From positions 7,372-71,371 of the forward strand of contig CANQYK010000001.1 in the NCBI GenBank assembly GCA_947628065.1: a stretch of DNA of 64,000 bases, given 5' to 3'. The translations under genes were made by a program, and so were the position numbers. Below, piece after piece: positions 63,201 to 64,000 of this stretch. The stretch's first letter is position 1. Each line of letters starts with the position of its first letter. The notes beneath the pieces are model-generated. The model was not told where the DNA came from. It did not search any database and saw only the letters and a program-made list of their open reading frames with translations. This stretch comes from an uncultured Bacilli bacterium. GTDB taxonomy: Bacteria; Bacillota_I; Bacilli_A; RF39; UBA660.

Positions 63201-64000
63201 TCCTGTTCTACTCCATTAAAAGTTGCAGCAAGAGAACAAGCTTTTTCTGTTTCATCAATTACATTGTTATTGGCATCAAACTTTACAGTATAATCTACTT
63301 TCTCTTTTGTTGTTTGTGCATAATAGGTCGTTTCATTGTTTGATTCATTTACTGTTAAAGATTCCTTACTTCCTACTATTTTGGTATGATCATCTGTTTT
63401 TGTACTATAACCTATAATTGTTGGTGTATTTGAATTAATGGATATCGTTGGTGTTTCAATATTACATGATGTTTGTTGTTTTGTTGTATTATACGCAACG
63501 GGTAACACACATGTTTTTTCTGTCGCATCAATAACATTACCATTTTCATTAAAACTTACTTGATAAGTAATGGCATTCTTATAACTAATGGAATAATACG
63601 TTGGTGCTTCTTCTTTTGATAAAGTAATCTTTGCTCCTACTGCTATTCCTGCTGTATCATCTTTGTTTTCACTCCATCCTACTTTCGTATATCCTTCTAA
63701 TACCGTAATATCTGGGGCATCTACGGTACAACTAGTCTCTTGTATTGCCCCATTATAAACAGCTGATATCTCACAACTATCACTTTCTTTTCCTATCGCT
63801 GTTACTCCTATTCCTTGTTTGGAATAATTTACTTCTCTATTGACTGCATCTTTTCTTGTTATTGCATAATAAGTCTTTCCATTATTATTCTCATTTACTT
63901 CTAATTCACTTTTATGATCGACTTCTTTTTCTGTTGCTTGTTGATTTTGACTAAAGCCAATGATAGTTGGTGTATTTGGATTAACGGATATCGTTGGAGT
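60248..64000 (-). CDS. very large repeat-containing surface protein, partial; the N-terminus lies beyond the right window edge
   Basis: By my hand translation the reading frame stays open upstream of the track's GTG at 63508 through to 64000 (...DITVLEGYTKVGWSENKDDTAGIAVGAKITLSKEEAPTYYSISYKNAITYQVSFNENGNVIDATEKTCVLPVAYN...). It has tandem repeats resembling Listeria-Bacteroides (Flg_new) repeats, each with a conserved Cys pair. These are followed by the lectin-like domain paralogous to 14776..16404, an Ig-like segment, and a Gly/Pro-rich C-terminus. Confidence 0.7.
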   Translation of the reverse strand, partial: TPTISVNPNTPTIIGFSQNQQATEKEVDHKSELEVNENNNGKTYYAITRKDAVNREVNYSKQGIGVTAIGKESDSCEISAVYNGAIQETSCTVDAPDITVLEGYTKVGWSENKDDTAGIAVGAKITLSKEEAPTYYSISYKNAITYQVSFNENGNVIDATEKTCVLPVAYNTTKQQTSCNIETPTISINSNTPTIIGYSTKTDDHTKIVGSKESLTVNESNNETTYYAQTTKEKVDYTVKFDANNNVIDETEKACSLAATFNGVEQETTCTVITPTITAPANTKVIVGYHQDKASHIAEVGSNQELIVSAENHNKTYYAITKSEAITRNVNYSMQGLGVTAIGKEKDSCTIGETYNNEKQDTSCMVDAPDITVSEGYTKVGWNENKEETTGVAVGANITLSKEEAPTYYSISYKNEITYKVNFDENGNTIDATEKTCTIGKAYNTTPQGTTCNIETPTISVNANTPTIIGYSTTAEDHTKTVGSKENLIVDSNINGKTYYAQTTAPAITHTITFNKNGAKSQTDSNNVAQTAETVTRSCTRDATFNGVEQAATCSVTSPTIVGTDITPTVTGYSDAAGNHTNGWSHNSPKEISGNATWYAQTTKAAVTKNVSYQKTTGVTSIGKESDSCTIAAIYNNNNGKAQDISCTVQAPTIKAASGYEAIGWNTSNVATTGTKPGENLTLTDASTTYYALVKKLAPTAGENAVTSLLDFYTNEASLQDYQASTETQQKNMYVFTHTAGEQQSNYTSEELTDYRYIGADPNNYVTFNDETWRIIGIFTVEDANGKKEKRIKLIRNEPLNSLNDATYISWDNKPNGTGSSESLYGSNWWGDSRLMMVLNPGYETEQTGVSGSIYWNRQSGKCPLYLNNETTDCNFATTGLTSTSQKMIGNTKWYLSGLSTSETSVSELYQNERGKTVYGVNATNVNATSKEVKKDSIIESIAQPMINAIANTTGGISWTGPVGLMYPSDYGYATSGGTSQTRDFCISMDGSGGPLSWYYTDECKIGDWLFNDEHFNNYYHEWLITQYSGSNDEVLTIDTLGFLTSGNVGDSDNKIVRPSVYLKASTLYKSGDGSQGSPFVFTSDPNVDDEAPVCKLTSSSITTDTYKKGGEGTISIECTDNSGTLKNDLTPDQIGFTYKICENDENEKEKNYDITINLSKTETIENGKRYTFTMNANNSTIWFDHCNEIHFMEIKGGAISDNSNNQNEKSQYEIEVSEYFSGSPGAAAPVCNVATCGGPGGLKPVVPTG

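Overview
This is a low-GC (about 30%) Firmicute chromosomal window, and the gene content suggests Bacilli or Erysipelotrichales (inference only). Most of it is housekeeping backbone: deoB-xerD, tmcAL-gmk, pyk, mutM-polA, lexA, queH, tcdA, comEA-comEC-dnaI, a SEDS protein, def, smc, divIB-murB-murG, a phosphohexomutase, RNase J, rnc, an RlmD-like methyltransferase and one tRNA-Arg(TCT). Several accessory or unusual regions interrupt this backbone.

- **IS21 element (about 12200-14520):** a complete istA/istB element with nested terminal repeats.
- **Surface-protein gene 14776-16404:** it has a TasA/camelysin-like N-terminus and a lectin-like C-terminus. Its last variable-looking segment is a roughly 110-bp patch that is GC-rich and adenine-poor, resembling a DGR variable region, and it is followed by a GC hairpin. 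A G10 homopolymer sits in its promoter region.
- **SOS-controlled small membrane ORF:** it lies divergent from lexA and is absent from the ORF track.
- **Putative defence pair (20701-22555):** an AAA ATPase plus an RloB/TOPRIM-like protein, resembling AbiL or PARIS.
- **Secreted-protein locus (27704-34170):** this is the most system-like candidate. It is built around a class B sortase-like enzyme with a TasA-like beta-sandwich protein, a missed 59-aa pilin-like ORF, a DUF5011 plus lectin-like protein and a 970-aa cysteine-rich protein. None of these carries a recognisable sorting signal.
- **Candidate ncRNA next to the tRNA:** about 265 nt, flanked by a promoter and a terminator.
- **Palindrome array upstream of comEA.**
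- **Segmental duplication (44511-45759):** it carries small DUF4190-like genes next to an Rpn-like nuclease.
- **Giant cytoplasmic protein (50984-55558):** 1524 aa, with a C-terminal archaeal-CCA-type nucleotidyltransferase module, bracketed by a roughly 20-bp direct repeat.
- **Large repeat-rich surface protein (60248 to the window end):** it is paralogous to 14776-16404.

All domain calls come from reading motifs by eye. No database search was run.
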